A stretch of 32,000 bases of DNA from Candidatus Saccharimonadota bacterium (GTDB taxonomy: Bacteria; Patescibacteriota; Microgenomatia; UBA1406; GWC2-37-13): contig CP066689.1 in assembly GCA_016432445.1 (NCBI GenBank), positions 450,001 to 482,000 of the forward strand, given 5' to 3'. The translations under genes and the position numbers were made by a program. Each line of letters opens with the position of its first letter. Position 1 is the first letter of the stretch. This document shows, in pieces, positions 23,498 through 31,975 of this stretch. The notes beneath the pieces were generated by a model, which made no database searches, was not told the DNA's origin, and saw only the letters and a list, made by a program, of their open reading frames with translations.

Positions 23498-25285
23498 TTA
23501 TTTGACAGTTACACTTTTGGCCAAGTTGCGGGGCTTATCAGGATCAAGTCCTTTAGCTAGTGCAAGATAATAACCCAAAAGTTGAGCGACAACGACATTG
23601 GGGATAATTGTTGCTTCCTCGCAGTTTTCAACCTTAATAAACTCATTATACACCTGATTATTTTTATTTGAAACACCAATGACGTAAGCCCCCCGCGCTG
23701 TTACTTCGTGGGCTGATGACAAGGTATCTTCATAAGTTTCATCTTGGGGATTGTAGACGATTACCGGCGTTCCTTTTTCAACAAGGGCAATTGCACCATG
23801 TTTAAGTTCTCCTGCCGCTAGTCCTTCGGCATGGATATAAGACACTTCCTTAATTTTAAGGGCAGATTCGAGCGCTGCAGGATAAGAGACTCCTCTACCA
23901 AGAATAAAAAGATTTTTATGATTTTTTAATTGTTCACTGAGTTCTTTAATTTTTTTATGTTTTTTAAGAAGTTCTTCTGTTTCTTTAATTGCTTGAGTTA
24001 GTTCTTTGACTCCTTTTTTGTATGTTCCATTTAGTTCGTGGGCTAATAAATAATAAACTACGATTTTAGCAGTTAAAGATTTTGTTGCAGCTACACCTTT
24101 TTCCGGCCCAACATTAAGAGGAATACAATAATCGGCTAAACGATACAATGTTGATCCAAGAACATTAATAATTCCCATTATTTTAGCTTTATGTTCTTTA
24201 GCATTTTTAATGCTGGAAATTACATCAATAGATTCACCCGATTGAGATGGAGCAATAATTAAAGACTTTTCTTTTATGAAATGTTCAAGATAAGAAAATT
24301 CGGAAGCTATTGACGTGTTGAGATGTTTTTTAGCAATTTTGGAAAACAAGTATGTGGCCGCTACAGTTGAGATATATGCGCTTCCACAAGCAACGAGAAA
24401 GGTACCATAAGCTTCTCTGATGATCTTTGCGCCTTTTTGAATATGATTATGCTGGCCATTAACTATATTTTGTAAAACTGCAGGTTGCTCCCAGATTTCC
24501 TTGATCATGTAATGAGAGTATTTACCAAGTTCTGCATCACCTTTATTCATGGTAAGCTTCATAAAAACCGGGAATTTTTCTTTTCTATTTTCATCTAACA
24601 AATAAAATGTTTTTCTTGATATCTGTAGAAGCTCATTATCTTCAAGGTAATAAACTTTTTTAGTATAAGGCAATAAAGCTACTGCATCTGAAGCAATTAA
24701 TTGTTCATTATTATTCGTGCAAAAAACTAAAGGTGAACCAGTTTTTATGGCGAAGAATTGTTCGGTTTCAGGAAAAAAAACGATAATACCATTCAATCCA
24801 GCTAGTTCTTTAAAACTTTCAAGTACAATTTGTTTCAAATCTTTTTTATTCTTCATCTTTTCTTCGATAAGATGGGCAATGACTTCGGTATCGGTTTCTG
24901 CAAAAAATTTATGGCCTGATTTAGCTAACTTATTTTTTATATATTCATAGTTATCGACTATTCCGTTGTGAACTACTATTACTTTTTTATGGCAGTCGGT
25001 ATGAGGATGGGCATTTTTTTCTGTGACACCGCCATGAGTTGCCCAGCGGGTATGACCGATACCGATAGATGATTGAAGAGCGGGAAGATGAGCTTCACCA
25101 GATACAGTCCTGTATCTGGCTTCACCTATTTTACCGATATGTTTTTCTAGATATATTTTTCCGTCTGAAGTTTTTACTGCGACTCCCCAAGAGTCATAGC
25201 CGCGGTATTCAAGAGATTTTAAGCCTTCAAGAATAATGTCTCCGGCATTATTTTTGGAGCCACTATAGGCAAAAATTCCGCACAT
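23498..25285 (-). CDS. glmS: Glutamine--fructose-6-phosphate aminotransferase
   Basis: MCGIF provides the Ntn nucleophile Cys2. GHTRWATHG and SQSGES (SIS domain) are present, and the protein ends in the canonical ...SVTVK. The start is set at the ATG at 25285, because the track start at 25288 is a TTG one codon upstream. Confidence 0.95.
   Translation of the reverse strand: MCGIFAYSGSKNNAGDIILEGLKSLEYRGYDSWGVAVKTSDGKIYLEKHIGKIGEARYRTVSGEAHLPALQSSIGIGHTRWATHGGVTEKNAHPHTDCHKKVIVVHNGIVDNYEYIKNKLAKSGHKFFAETDTEVIAHLIEEKMKNKKDLKQIVLESFKELAGLNGIIVFFPETEQFFAIKTGSPLVFCTNNNEQLIASDAVALLPYTKKVYYLEDNELLQISRKTFYLLDENRKEKFPVFMKLTMNKGDAELGKYSHYMIKEIWEQPAVLQNIVNGQHNHIQKGAKIIREAYGTFLVACGSAYISTVAATYLFSKIAKKHLNTSIASEFSYLEHFIKEKSLIIAPSQSGESIDVISSIKNAKEHKAKIMGIINVLGSTLYRLADYCIPLNVGPEKGVAATKSLTAKIVVYYLLAHELNGTYKKGVKELTQAIKETEELLKKHKKIKELSEQLKNHKNLFILGRGVSYPAALESALKIKEVSYIHAEGLAAGELKHGAIALVEKGTPVIVYNPQDETYEDTLSSAHEVTARGAYVIGVSNKNNQVYNEFIKVENCEEATIIPNVVVAQLLGYYLALAKGLDPDKPRNLAKSVTVK
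25091..25126. repeat. In-frame palindromic insertion inside glmS. Arms CCAGATACAG/CTGTATCTGG are flanked by the direct repeat GCTTCACC (25092-25099 and 25119-25126).
   Basis: Read directly. In the coding direction it is GGTGAAGCC-AGATACAGGACTGTATCT-GGTGAAGCT, which translates as GEA-RYRTVS-GEA. Confidence 0.75.
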
Positions 25286-25291
25286 CAAAGT

Positions 25292-25299
25292 ATTATACT
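25292..25299. promoter_or_regulatory. Overlapping divergent -10 boxes: TATAAT on the minus strand (25297-25292) for glmS and TATACT on the plus strand (25294-25299) for the 25306 gene. Each is 6 nt from its ATG.
   Basis: The two ATGs are only 20 nt apart. The sequence is caTCAAAGTATTATACTATATATatg. No SD on either side. Confidence 0.5.
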
Positions 25300-25305
25300 A
25301 TATAT

Positions 25306-26286
25306 ATGGAGGGATTTTTTTCATCGTTTAATGTTTTTGATGTTCTATTTATTTTTTTTATTCTTTATTTTGTGACTACAAGTCATGATTTTATAACTTC
25401 TTTATTTGATTTTTTCGGCTTTTTATTTACAGTAATTTTTTCATACAAAAATTATGTTTTATTTGCTCAAGTTTTAGTATTCTTGTTTGATCTACCAAAA
25501 GGTATATCTTTGGCATTAGGTTTTTTTGTAGCTTGGTTATTTGCAGAAATTTTGCTTTTTATCTTATCCCGCTACACAGTTACCAAACTTTCTCTTTCTT
25601 TGGAAAAAAATTTTATTAATAAATTCCTTACTTTTATACCAGCAACAGCGCAAGCAGTTCTTTTTTATTTGCTTGTAGTGGCTACACTTTTTGCACTGCC
25701 AGTTCGGGCATCAGTTAAAGAACAATTACTTCAGTCTCGATCAGCTCCATATTTCATTAATTTTTCACATATAATCGAAAATAACGTGAAATCAGTGTTT
25801 GGAACTGCAGTTAATGAAACCTTAAATTTTTTGACTCTTAAGGAGAAAGCTGATGAAACAATAAGTTTAGATTTTAAAGCTCAGGTAGATAAGCTTAAAA
25901 TAGATGAGTCATCAGAAAAAATTATGCTTAGTCTTATTAACAAAGAAAGGAATGAAATGGGTTTACTTTCCTTGATCGAGGATCAATTAATCCGGGAAGC
26001 AGCGCGAGATTATGCAGTTGAGATGATGACTACTGGTATATTTTCCCATACTTCCCAAATTGATGGTACCAGTCCTGCCCAAAGGCTGGAAAGGAAAGGG
26101 GTCAAGTATGAGATAACTGGAGAAAATTTAGCCTACGCGCCTGATGTTTATGTTTCTCATAAAGGACTGATGAACTCTCCAGGACACCGAAGAAATATTT
26201 TATCTGAGGAATACAGCAAGGTTGGAATAGGAATCATCGACGGGGGCATCTACGGCCGCATTTTTGTGCAAGAGTTTACCAATTAA
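25306..26286 (+). CDS. Membrane protein with a CvpA-like N-terminal TM region and a C-terminal CAP/SCP (YkwD-like) domain
   Basis: About 4 TM segments are followed by FSHTSQ...GENLAY...MNSPGHRRNIL...VGIGI, as in SCP/PR1-like proteins. Confidence 0.7.
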   Translation: MEGFFSSFNVFDVLFIFFILYFVTTSHDFITSLFDFFGFLFTVIFSYKNYVLFAQVLVFLFDLPKGISLALGFFVAWLFAEILLFILSRYTVTKLSLSLEKNFINKFLTFIPATAQAVLFYLLVVATLFALPVRASVKEQLLQSRSAPYFINFSHIIENNVKSVFGTAVNETLNFLTLKEKADETISLDFKAQVDKLKIDESSEKIMLSLINKERNEMGLLSLIEDQLIREAARDYAVEMMTTGIFSHTSQIDGTSPAQRLERKGVKYEITGENLAYAPDVYVSHKGLMNSPGHRRNILSEEYSKVGIGIIDGGIYGRIFVQEFTN

Positions 26287-27215
26287 AAAAGACTGTCTTG
26301 AGAAGGGGTGTCATCGCTCTTTTTTTTAGCAGGTTCTTTCGGAATTCTTTCTTTTCTTTGGTTAAAAATTCTTTCGATAAGAGATCTTATTTGTAGTTTT
26401 TCCAGAAATCCTTTTAGTTCTGGTTTAAAACCTTCAAATTTAACTTTTTCAATATCTATTTCATAAGGTACATCTTGAAGAATGGTGGCAAGCTTTTTAG
26501 ATAAAATAATATTTTCTTGATTAGTTTCAATAATACTTTTTATGCGTTCATTTTTAATTTCGGAAGTATGATTTAATAAATTCTCAACTGTTAAAAATTG
26601 GTTTAAAAGGTTAACGGCAGTTTTTGGACCAATGCCTTTGGCGCCAGGGTAGTTATCAGAAGGATCGCCCATCAGAGCTTTAAGTTCTGGTATTTTTGTA
26701 GCTGAGACTCCCATTTTGGTGACGACTTCCTCTTCATCGTAGAGTTTGATTGAACTGACACCGGTTTGAGGAGTAATGACAAAAACCTGAGATTCGATCA
26801 ACTGCATAATGTCTTTATCTCCGGTGAATATTAAGATTCGATGGTTTTTTTTATACTTGGCGGTTAATGTGCCGATAAGATCATCTGCTTCATAGCCTTC
26901 TTTTTCAATTCGGCAGATACCCGCTTTATCAATCATTTCTTTAATAAGCGGAATCTGGACAATAAATTCGCTTGCCGCTTTGGGACGCTGAGCTTGATAA
27001 GAGGGAAGCAGTTTTTGTCTAAAAGTAGGTTTTGGAGTATCAAAGCAGATAATTACATGTTGAGGGTGAAAGTCAGAGATGACTTTATGCAACATAGTCA
27101 TAAAACCATAAACAGCGTTTGTTGGTGTTCCATCACTGCTTCTAAAATCAGCAGGAATGGCAAAAAAAGCCCTGTGCATGATGGCATTGCCGTCAATTAG
27201 AAGAAGAGTTTCCAT
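26283..27215 (-). CDS. 5'-3' exonuclease / flap endonuclease (Pol I N-terminal-domain homologue)
   Basis: [35 protein letters not shown] and the H3TH motif GDPSDNYPGAKGIGPKTA. The stop overlaps the convergent 25306 gene stop in TTAA. Confidence 0.9.
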   Translation of the reverse strand: METLLLIDGNAIMHRAFFAIPADFRSSDGTPTNAVYGFMTMLHKVISDFHPQHVIICFDTPKPTFRQKLLPSYQAQRPKAASEFIVQIPLIKEMIDKAGICRIEKEGYEADDLIGTLTAKYKKNHRILIFTGDKDIMQLIESQVFVITPQTGVSSIKLYDEEEVVTKMGVSATKIPELKALMGDPSDNYPGAKGIGPKTAVNLLNQFLTVENLLNHTSEIKNERIKSIIETNQENIILSKKLATILQDVPYEIDIEKVKFEGFKPELKGFLEKLQIRSLIERIFNQRKERIPKEPAKKKSDDTPSQDSLF

Positions 27216-29091
27216 TGATTTTTATGCCTGTAATTTTTTCAAACTCATCTTGATCAAGGCTTTCTTTAGCAATAAGTTCTTCAGCAATCTTATTTAAACA
27301 CTTTCTGTTTTTATTGAGTATGTCAACTGCTTTTTGATAAGCCGTGAGAAGAATTTCTTTTGTTTCATTGTCTATTTTTGACATCATTTCTTGGGACACA
27401 GGGTTTTGTTCCATATATGATTTACCCCACTCGGTAACATCTGTATTTGGGCCAAAGTTCATAGGCCCAAGTTTACTCATTCCAAAATCAACAACCATAG
27501 CTTTAGCAATCCTGGTTGCTTGATCAAAATCATTAGCCGCTCCGGTTGTGATTTCATTAAATACAGTTTCCTCAGCGGCGCGTCCTCCCATCATGACAGC
27601 GATTCTTTCTAAAAGGTGAGTTTTAGTTTCGTGAAGTTTATCGGCGGCCGGAGGAATAAGTGTGTATCCTAATGCCATGCCTCTTGAGACGATTGAGATG
27701 CGGTGAACAGGGTCAGTATTGGGTAGAAAATGACTGACGACAGCGTGGCCGGCTTCATGATAAGCTGTAATTTTTTTATCCAGGTCTGACTGGAGTCTTT
27801 TCTTTTCTGGGCCTAATTTTACTTTGGTGGCAGCTTCCTCAATATCGTCCATAGTAATTTTATCTCGACTGTTTCGTGCGGCAAAAATAGCGGCTTCATT
27901 TAACATATTCTCAAGATCCGCGCCTGAAAAACCTACAGTTCTTTTAGCGACTCTCTCCCAATTAACAGTTTCATTAAATGGTTTACCTTTGGCATGAATC
28001 TTGAGAATCTCTTTTCTTCCTTCAAGATCAGGGTAATCAACTATGATTCTTCGGTCAAATCTGCCCGGCCTTAAAAGCGCCGTGTCAAGTAAATCTCCTC
28101 GGTTGGTGGCGGCAATGACAACAACTCTTTCTGTTGGAGCAAAACCGTCCATTTCCACCAGAATCTGATTTAAAGTTTGTTCTCGTTCATCGTGCGAAGG
28201 CATCATGCCGACAGATCGGGCTCTTCCTATAGCATCAATCTCATCAATGAAGATTATAGATGGAGCGCTTTTTTTGGCTGTCCCAAAAAGATCGCGGACG
28301 CGGGCAGCTCCAATACCTACAAGCATTTCCATGAATTCTGATCCGGCAATTGAGATGAAAGGTACGCTGGCCTCACCGGCAACAGCTTTGGCTAAAAGCG
28401 TTTTACCGCAGCCGGCCGGTCCAACGAGAAGAACTCCTTTAGGGGTTCTGGCGCCGAGTTTTCTATATTTTTCCGGATTTTTCAAGAAATCTACTACCTC
28501 CGCAAGTTCTTTTTTGGCCTCATCAACTCCGGCAACATCGCCAAAAGAAACTTTTGGCATATCTTTATTAAATCTTTTTACCCGTGCTTGTCCAAAGGAA
28601 AAAACCGAATCTTGAGCGCCTTTAGCTTGTCTAAAAAGGAAAATAAAGAAAGCAACCATGAGAAGAGTTGGGATAAGATTACCTAATAAATTAAGCCATC
28701 CGCTTGAAGCTTGAGTATCTTTAACCTCGATATTGACAGTTTGAGGATTAATGCCGGAATCCTTTAATACTTCAATAAAGCTTGAGCTGGACTCTTTGTG
28801 AGTGACAGCCAGTTTGTCATTTTTATAATAAACAGTAATTTTATTATCGGCAATCTCAACTTTTTTAGTTTTTCCTTCTTTAATATCTTTAACGACTTCT
28901 GTAATTGATTTTTCGGGTAAAACAGAGTTCATCTCTTTAGTTAAAGCGTTAAGAGCGTAAAACAAAAAAAAACCTACAAAAAGAATAATGAAAATTGTTT
29001 TGAGATCAAAGTTAAACTTAAATACAGAAAATTGGTTGTTTTTTGGATTATCAGAAGGATTTATTTTGTTATTGTTTTTTCTATTTGACAT
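27193..29091 (-). CDS. ftsH: ATP-dependent zinc metalloprotease FtsH
   Basis: Two N-terminal TM segments, Walker A GPAGCGKT, the SRH region and HEAGHAV. Confidence 0.96.
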   Translation of the reverse strand: MSNRKNNNKINPSDNPKNNQFSVFKFNFDLKTIFIILFVGFFLFYALNALTKEMNSVLPEKSITEVVKDIKEGKTKKVEIADNKITVYYKNDKLAVTHKESSSSFIEVLKDSGINPQTVNIEVKDTQASSGWLNLLGNLIPTLLMVAFFIFLFRQAKGAQDSVFSFGQARVKRFNKDMPKVSFGDVAGVDEAKKELAEVVDFLKNPEKYRKLGARTPKGVLLVGPAGCGKTLLAKAVAGEASVPFISIAGSEFMEMLVGIGAARVRDLFGTAKKSAPSIIFIDEIDAIGRARSVGMMPSHDEREQTLNQILVEMDGFAPTERVVVIAATNRGDLLDTALLRPGRFDRRIIVDYPDLEGRKEILKIHAKGKPFNETVNWERVAKRTVGFSGADLENMLNEAAIFAARNSRDKITMDDIEEAATKVKLGPEKKRLQSDLDKKITAYHEAGHAVVSHFLPNTDPVHRISIVSRGMALGYTLIPPAADKLHETKTHLLERIAVMMGGRAAEETVFNEITTGAANDFDQATRIAKAMVVDFGMSKLGPMNFGPNTDVTEWGKSYMEQNPVSQEMMSKIDNETKEILLTAYQKAVDILNKNRKCLNKIAEELIAKESLDQDEFEKITGIKINGNSSSN

Positions 29092-29096
29092 GCCCT

Positions 29097-29126
29097 ATTT
29101 TAGCAGATCTTTGAGTGATTTGACAA
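29097..29126 (-). promoter_or_regulatory. ftsH promoter: -35 TTGTCA (29126-29121), 18-nt spacer, extended -10 TGCTAAAAT (29105-29097), 5 nt before the ATG
   Basis: Minus strand reads TTGTCAaatcactcaaagatcTGCTAAAATagggcATG. Confidence 0.55.
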
Positions 29127-29180
29127 CTGGAATTGATATTTGGTAAATGGTAAAATAAGATTGTTAGGACAATGATCTTA

Positions 29181-29208
29181 GATCTTCGATATTAGATATT
29201 TGAAGATC
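29181..29208. repeat. Imperfect dyad GATCTTCGATAT-TAG-ATATTTGAAGATC in the ftsH/tsaC divergent spacer, followed by three ATCGA repeats (29212-29232)
   Basis: Read directly. The outer arms (7 bp) and inner arms (4 bp) flank a single mismatch or bulge. Confidence 0.5.
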
Positions 29209-29237
29209 AAACATCGAAAATCGAGTATCGACTATCT

Positions 29238-30314
29238 ATGAAAGTAATAAGATTAACTGACAATAATCAGGCCAAAGTTATTAAGGAAGCAATTAAGATA
29301 ATAAAAAATTTAGGATTAGTTGTTTTTCCAACGGACACAGTTTATGGTTTGTTGATTGATGCCACGAATGAGAAGGCAGTTAAAAAGCTTTTGAAGTTCA
29401 AAAATCGGCCGGCGGGAAAGGCTATCTCTGTTTTTGTTAATGATTTGGTAATGCTTAAAGATAATGTTAAAGTTAATAATAAGCAGGAAAAAATGCTTGA
29501 CCAAATTCTTCCGGGACATTTTACTGTTGTTTTGTCCTCTCGTCATAAAGTTTCAAAATTATTAGAGTCAGAAAAAGGAACTCTTGGAGTCAGATTTATA
29601 AAATATAAACCTATAATCGATTTAGTTAAAAAATACGGAAAGCCTTTGACCGCCACTTCTGCCAATCTCGCCAGCCGTTCTCCTCATCATTCTGTTGAGT
29701 CTTTGTTTAACGAACTTTCCGAAACGAAAAAAAAGATGATTGATCTTGTTGTTGATGCTGGTAAACTTCCTCCCAATAAACCCTCAACGGTAATTGATTT
29801 AACTTCTGAAAAACTTAAAATTATCCGTCAAGGTGATATGGTTTTTAACCAGTCGCAATCGTTTATTTCTTCAAGCGAGGATGAAACAAAAAAGATTGCT
29901 TCATTTATTCTTCAAAAATTATTGAAAGTAAAGAACGCAGATCTGCGTTCTCTAACATTTATTATTGAAGGAGATTTAGGAGTTGGTAAAACAATTTTTG
30001 TGAAAGGAATTGGAGAATATTTAGGATGGGATGATATTATCTCTCCAACTTTTGTTGTTTACTATGAATATCCTCTATTAAAGAAATTTTCTTTTAAAAA
30101 ACTTTATCATTTTGATCTTTATCAGCTTACTGATACTGAAGAGTTTAAATATTTAGGAATAAATGAGATATTAAATGATAAAAATATTTTATGTATTGAA
30201 TGGGGCGAAAAAGCAGGGGAGATAATGGAACTTTTAAAAAAGAAATCGAAAATTGTTTATGTGAACATGAAGTATGTTGATGAAAAGAAAAGAAAAATAA
30301 TAGTTAATTATTAA
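29238..30314 (+). CDS. tsaC/tsaE: Fusion of L-threonylcarbamoyladenylate synthase (TsaC/YrdC domain) with the t6A ATPase TsaE
   Basis: The N-terminal ~200 aa carry FPTDTVYGL, KNRPAGKA, TSANL and PSTVIDL. The C-terminal ~150 aa carry GDLGVGKT, SPTF, YHFDLYQL and IEWGE. Confidence 0.85.
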   Translation: MKVIRLTDNNQAKVIKEAIKIIKNLGLVVFPTDTVYGLLIDATNEKAVKKLLKFKNRPAGKAISVFVNDLVMLKDNVKVNNKQEKMLDQILPGHFTVVLSSRHKVSKLLESEKGTLGVRFIKYKPIIDLVKKYGKPLTATSANLASRSPHHSVESLFNELSETKKKMIDLVVDAGKLPPNKPSTVIDLTSEKLKIIRQGDMVFNQSQSFISSSEDETKKIASFILQKLLKVKNADLRSLTFIIEGDLGVGKTIFVKGIGEYLGWDDIISPTFVVYYEYPLLKKFSFKKLYHFDLYQLTDTEEFKYLGINEILNDKNILCIEWGEKAGEIMELLKKKSKIVYVNMKYVDEKKRKIIVNY

Positions 30315-30318
30315 ATTT

Positions 30319-31407
30319 ATGAAAATTTTAGCAATTGATACATCTTGTGATGAAACATCAGCCGCGGTTGTTGATGGCAGGCGGGTTTTATCAAACGTCA
30401 TTTATTCCCAGGTGCTTTTGCATAAAAAGTGGGGTGGAGTAGTGCCTTCAATTGCCAAGCGGGCTCATGAAGAAAGAATTGATTTTGTGGTTGATGAGGC
30501 ATTAAAAAAATCCAAATTTCAAATTTCAAATGTCAAACATTCATTTGACATTTGTCATTTAGATTTTGACATTAAAAATTCAATGAGCAAGATTGATTAC
30601 CTTGCCGTTACCTATGGCCCTGGGTTGGCAGTGGCGCTTGAGGTTGGTATAAAAAAAGTAAAAGAATTATCAAAAAAATATAATAAGAAAATAATTCCGG
30701 TAAATCATATGGAGGGGCATATTTATTCCTGTTTTACTCAAAATAGCAAAGGAAATCCCAAAAGAGAATTTACATTTCCTTATTTAGTTCTTTTAGTTTC
30801 TGGCGGTCATACGGAGATAGTTTTATGGAAAGATTATCTTGATTTTCAAATCATTGGCAAAACCACGGATGATGCAGCTGGCGAAGCATTGGATAAAGCG
30901 GCAAAAATGTTAGGTCTTGGTTACCCTGGAGGACCAGTTATTGAGAGATTAGCTGAGGAAGCAGGAAATGTTGATCCTTACAAATTTCCCCGTCCAATGA
31001 GAAAATCAGGAGATTTAAATTTTTCTTTCTCCGGATTAAAAACAGCTTTTTATTATTTCTTGCAAAAAATGCCGGAGGAAGAAAAAAATAAAATGATTAA
31101 AGAACTGGTTAGTTCATTCCAAGAAGCGGTTTTTGATTCGTTGCTTATAAAAACTGAAGCGGCTATTAAACAAATAGGAATTATTAATTTAGTTGTGGCC
31201 GGTGGAGTAGCAGCCAATCGTGAACTTAGAAAAAGAATGAAAAATTTAGCTAAAAAATATAAAGGCTCTGTCGTTTATCCTCCTTATAAATATTTAAACG
31301 GTGATAATGCGGCCATGATCGGCGTCGCCGCTTTCTTTAAAGCAAAGGCGGGAATATTTGTTAAACATATCGAAGCTTTCGACCGCATCCCAAGATTGAG
31401 TTTATAA
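30319..31407 (+). CDS. tsaD: tRNA N6-adenosine threonylcarbamoyltransferase TsaD, carrying a ~20-25-aa in-frame insertion
   Basis: DTSCDETS, VNHMEGH, LLVSGGHTE, DDAAGEALDK and GGVAANRELR. Confidence 0.93.
   Translation: MKILAIDTSCDETSAAVVDGRRVLSNVIYSQVLLHKKWGGVVPSIAKRAHEERIDFVVDEALKKSKFQISNVKHSFDICHLDFDIKNSMSKIDYLAVTYGPGLAVALEVGIKKVKELSKKYNKKIIPVNHMEGHIYSCFTQNSKGNPKREFTFPYLVLLVSGGHTEIVLWKDYLDFQIIGKTTDDAAGEALDKAAKMLGLGYPGGPVIERLAEEAGNVDPYKFPRPMRKSGDLNFSFSGLKTAFYYFLQKMPEEEKNKMIKELVSSFQEAVFDSLLIKTEAAIKQIGIINLVVAGGVAANRELRKRMKNLAKKYKGSVVYPPYKYLNGDNAAMIGVAAFFKAKAGIFVKHIEAFDRIPRLSL
30527..30554. repeat. Perfect 11-bp inverted repeat CAAATGTCAAA-CATTCA-TTTGACATTTG inside tsaD, embedded in heptamer-periodic AT-rich sequence (30514-30588)
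   Basis: Read directly. The surrounding units are AAATTTC AAATTTC AAATGTC ... ATTTGAC ATTTGTC. Confidence 0.8.
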
Positions 31408-31454
31408 ACTACAAACTCACCTCCGAAGTGAGATAGAGCGTTGTGGCAATACTT

Positions 31455-31476
31455 TCAACTCCAGAGGTTGATTTTT
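31455..31476 (+). terminator. Possible tsaD terminator: TCAAC-TCCAGAG-GTTGA followed by TTTTT. It overlaps the stop codon of the convergent LuxR-type gene.
   Basis: Read directly. The stem is only 5 bp. A second 5-bp hairpin, CTCAC-CTCCGAA-GTGAG, lies at 31416-31432. Confidence 0.3.
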
Positions 31477-31975
31477 ATCGTATTTTACCTTGGGATTTCA
31501 TGAAGGCTATGGCACCAAAAGTAATGGCTGCATAGGCAAAACACATTACTCCAGCTTGTGTTCTAGATTTTGCGTCAATTTTTTTATAAATAGATTTTAA
31601 ATGATTGTGTATTGTATTTTTGCTTATTTCCAACTGGGCTGCAATTTCTGTATTGCTATTTTCCTTTCCATCACCTTCTATCATTTTTCCCATGACATCA
31701 CATTCTCTTTCAGTTAAATTACTCACCATTTCTAAATGACTACCTTCGGTCAATTTATTAATGTCGAACCAGTCTTCATCAAGGAAAGCCAATATTGCGG
31801 CAAGACCATTATTTGAATCTGTTGCAAGGCGGGATGGTGTTAAATGATTTTTTACTGTGCCGGATTCTATTCCCATTCTTTCTGCAATCCCATTGTAGGT
31901 TAGTCCTTGCGCTTGTAAAGATAAAGCTTCAAGACGTCTAGGGAAAGGGTTAGGTGCTGTTTTTGCTTTTTCCAT
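31475..31975 (-). CDS. Transcription regulator with two tandem LuxR/GerE-type HTH modules and a hydrophobic C-terminal tail
   Basis: HTH 1 is LSLQAQGLTYNGIAERMGIESGTVKNHL. HTH 2 is LTERECDVM...NTEIAAQLEISKNTIHNHLKSIYKKIDAKSRTQA. No receiver or ligand domain is present. Confidence 0.75.
   Translation of the reverse strand: MEKAKTAPNPFPRRLEALSLQAQGLTYNGIAERMGIESGTVKNHLTPSRLATDSNNGLAAILAFLDEDWFDINKLTEGSHLEMVSNLTERECDVMGKMIEGDGKENSNTEIAAQLEISKNTIHNHLKSIYKKIDAKSRTQAGVMCFAYAAITFGAIAFMKSQGKIR

Noticed and set aside
26283-26286. Convergent genes (CvpA/CAP protein and the 5'-3' exonuclease) whose stop codons overlap in TTAA
   Set aside because: This is real but is a simple consequence of genome compaction. 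No hairpin or regulatory feature is associated with it.
28205-28615. Antisense or shadow ORFs inside conserved genes. These include 323-511, 1431-1631, 2296-2541, 3317-3598, 4195-4389, 4458-4655, 10197-10433, 10291-10500, 10796-11026, 11729-11917, 14887-15093, 16620-16883, 16828-17139, 18899-19093, 19774-20031, 20089-20310, 20443-20745, 23114-23365, 24717-24950, 26994-27200, 28205-28615 and 29316-29546.
   Set aside because: Each lies wholly within, or largely overlaps, a much longer ORF with clear family motifs on the other strand or frame. Their translations are low-complexity or compositionally odd. There is no independent start signal.
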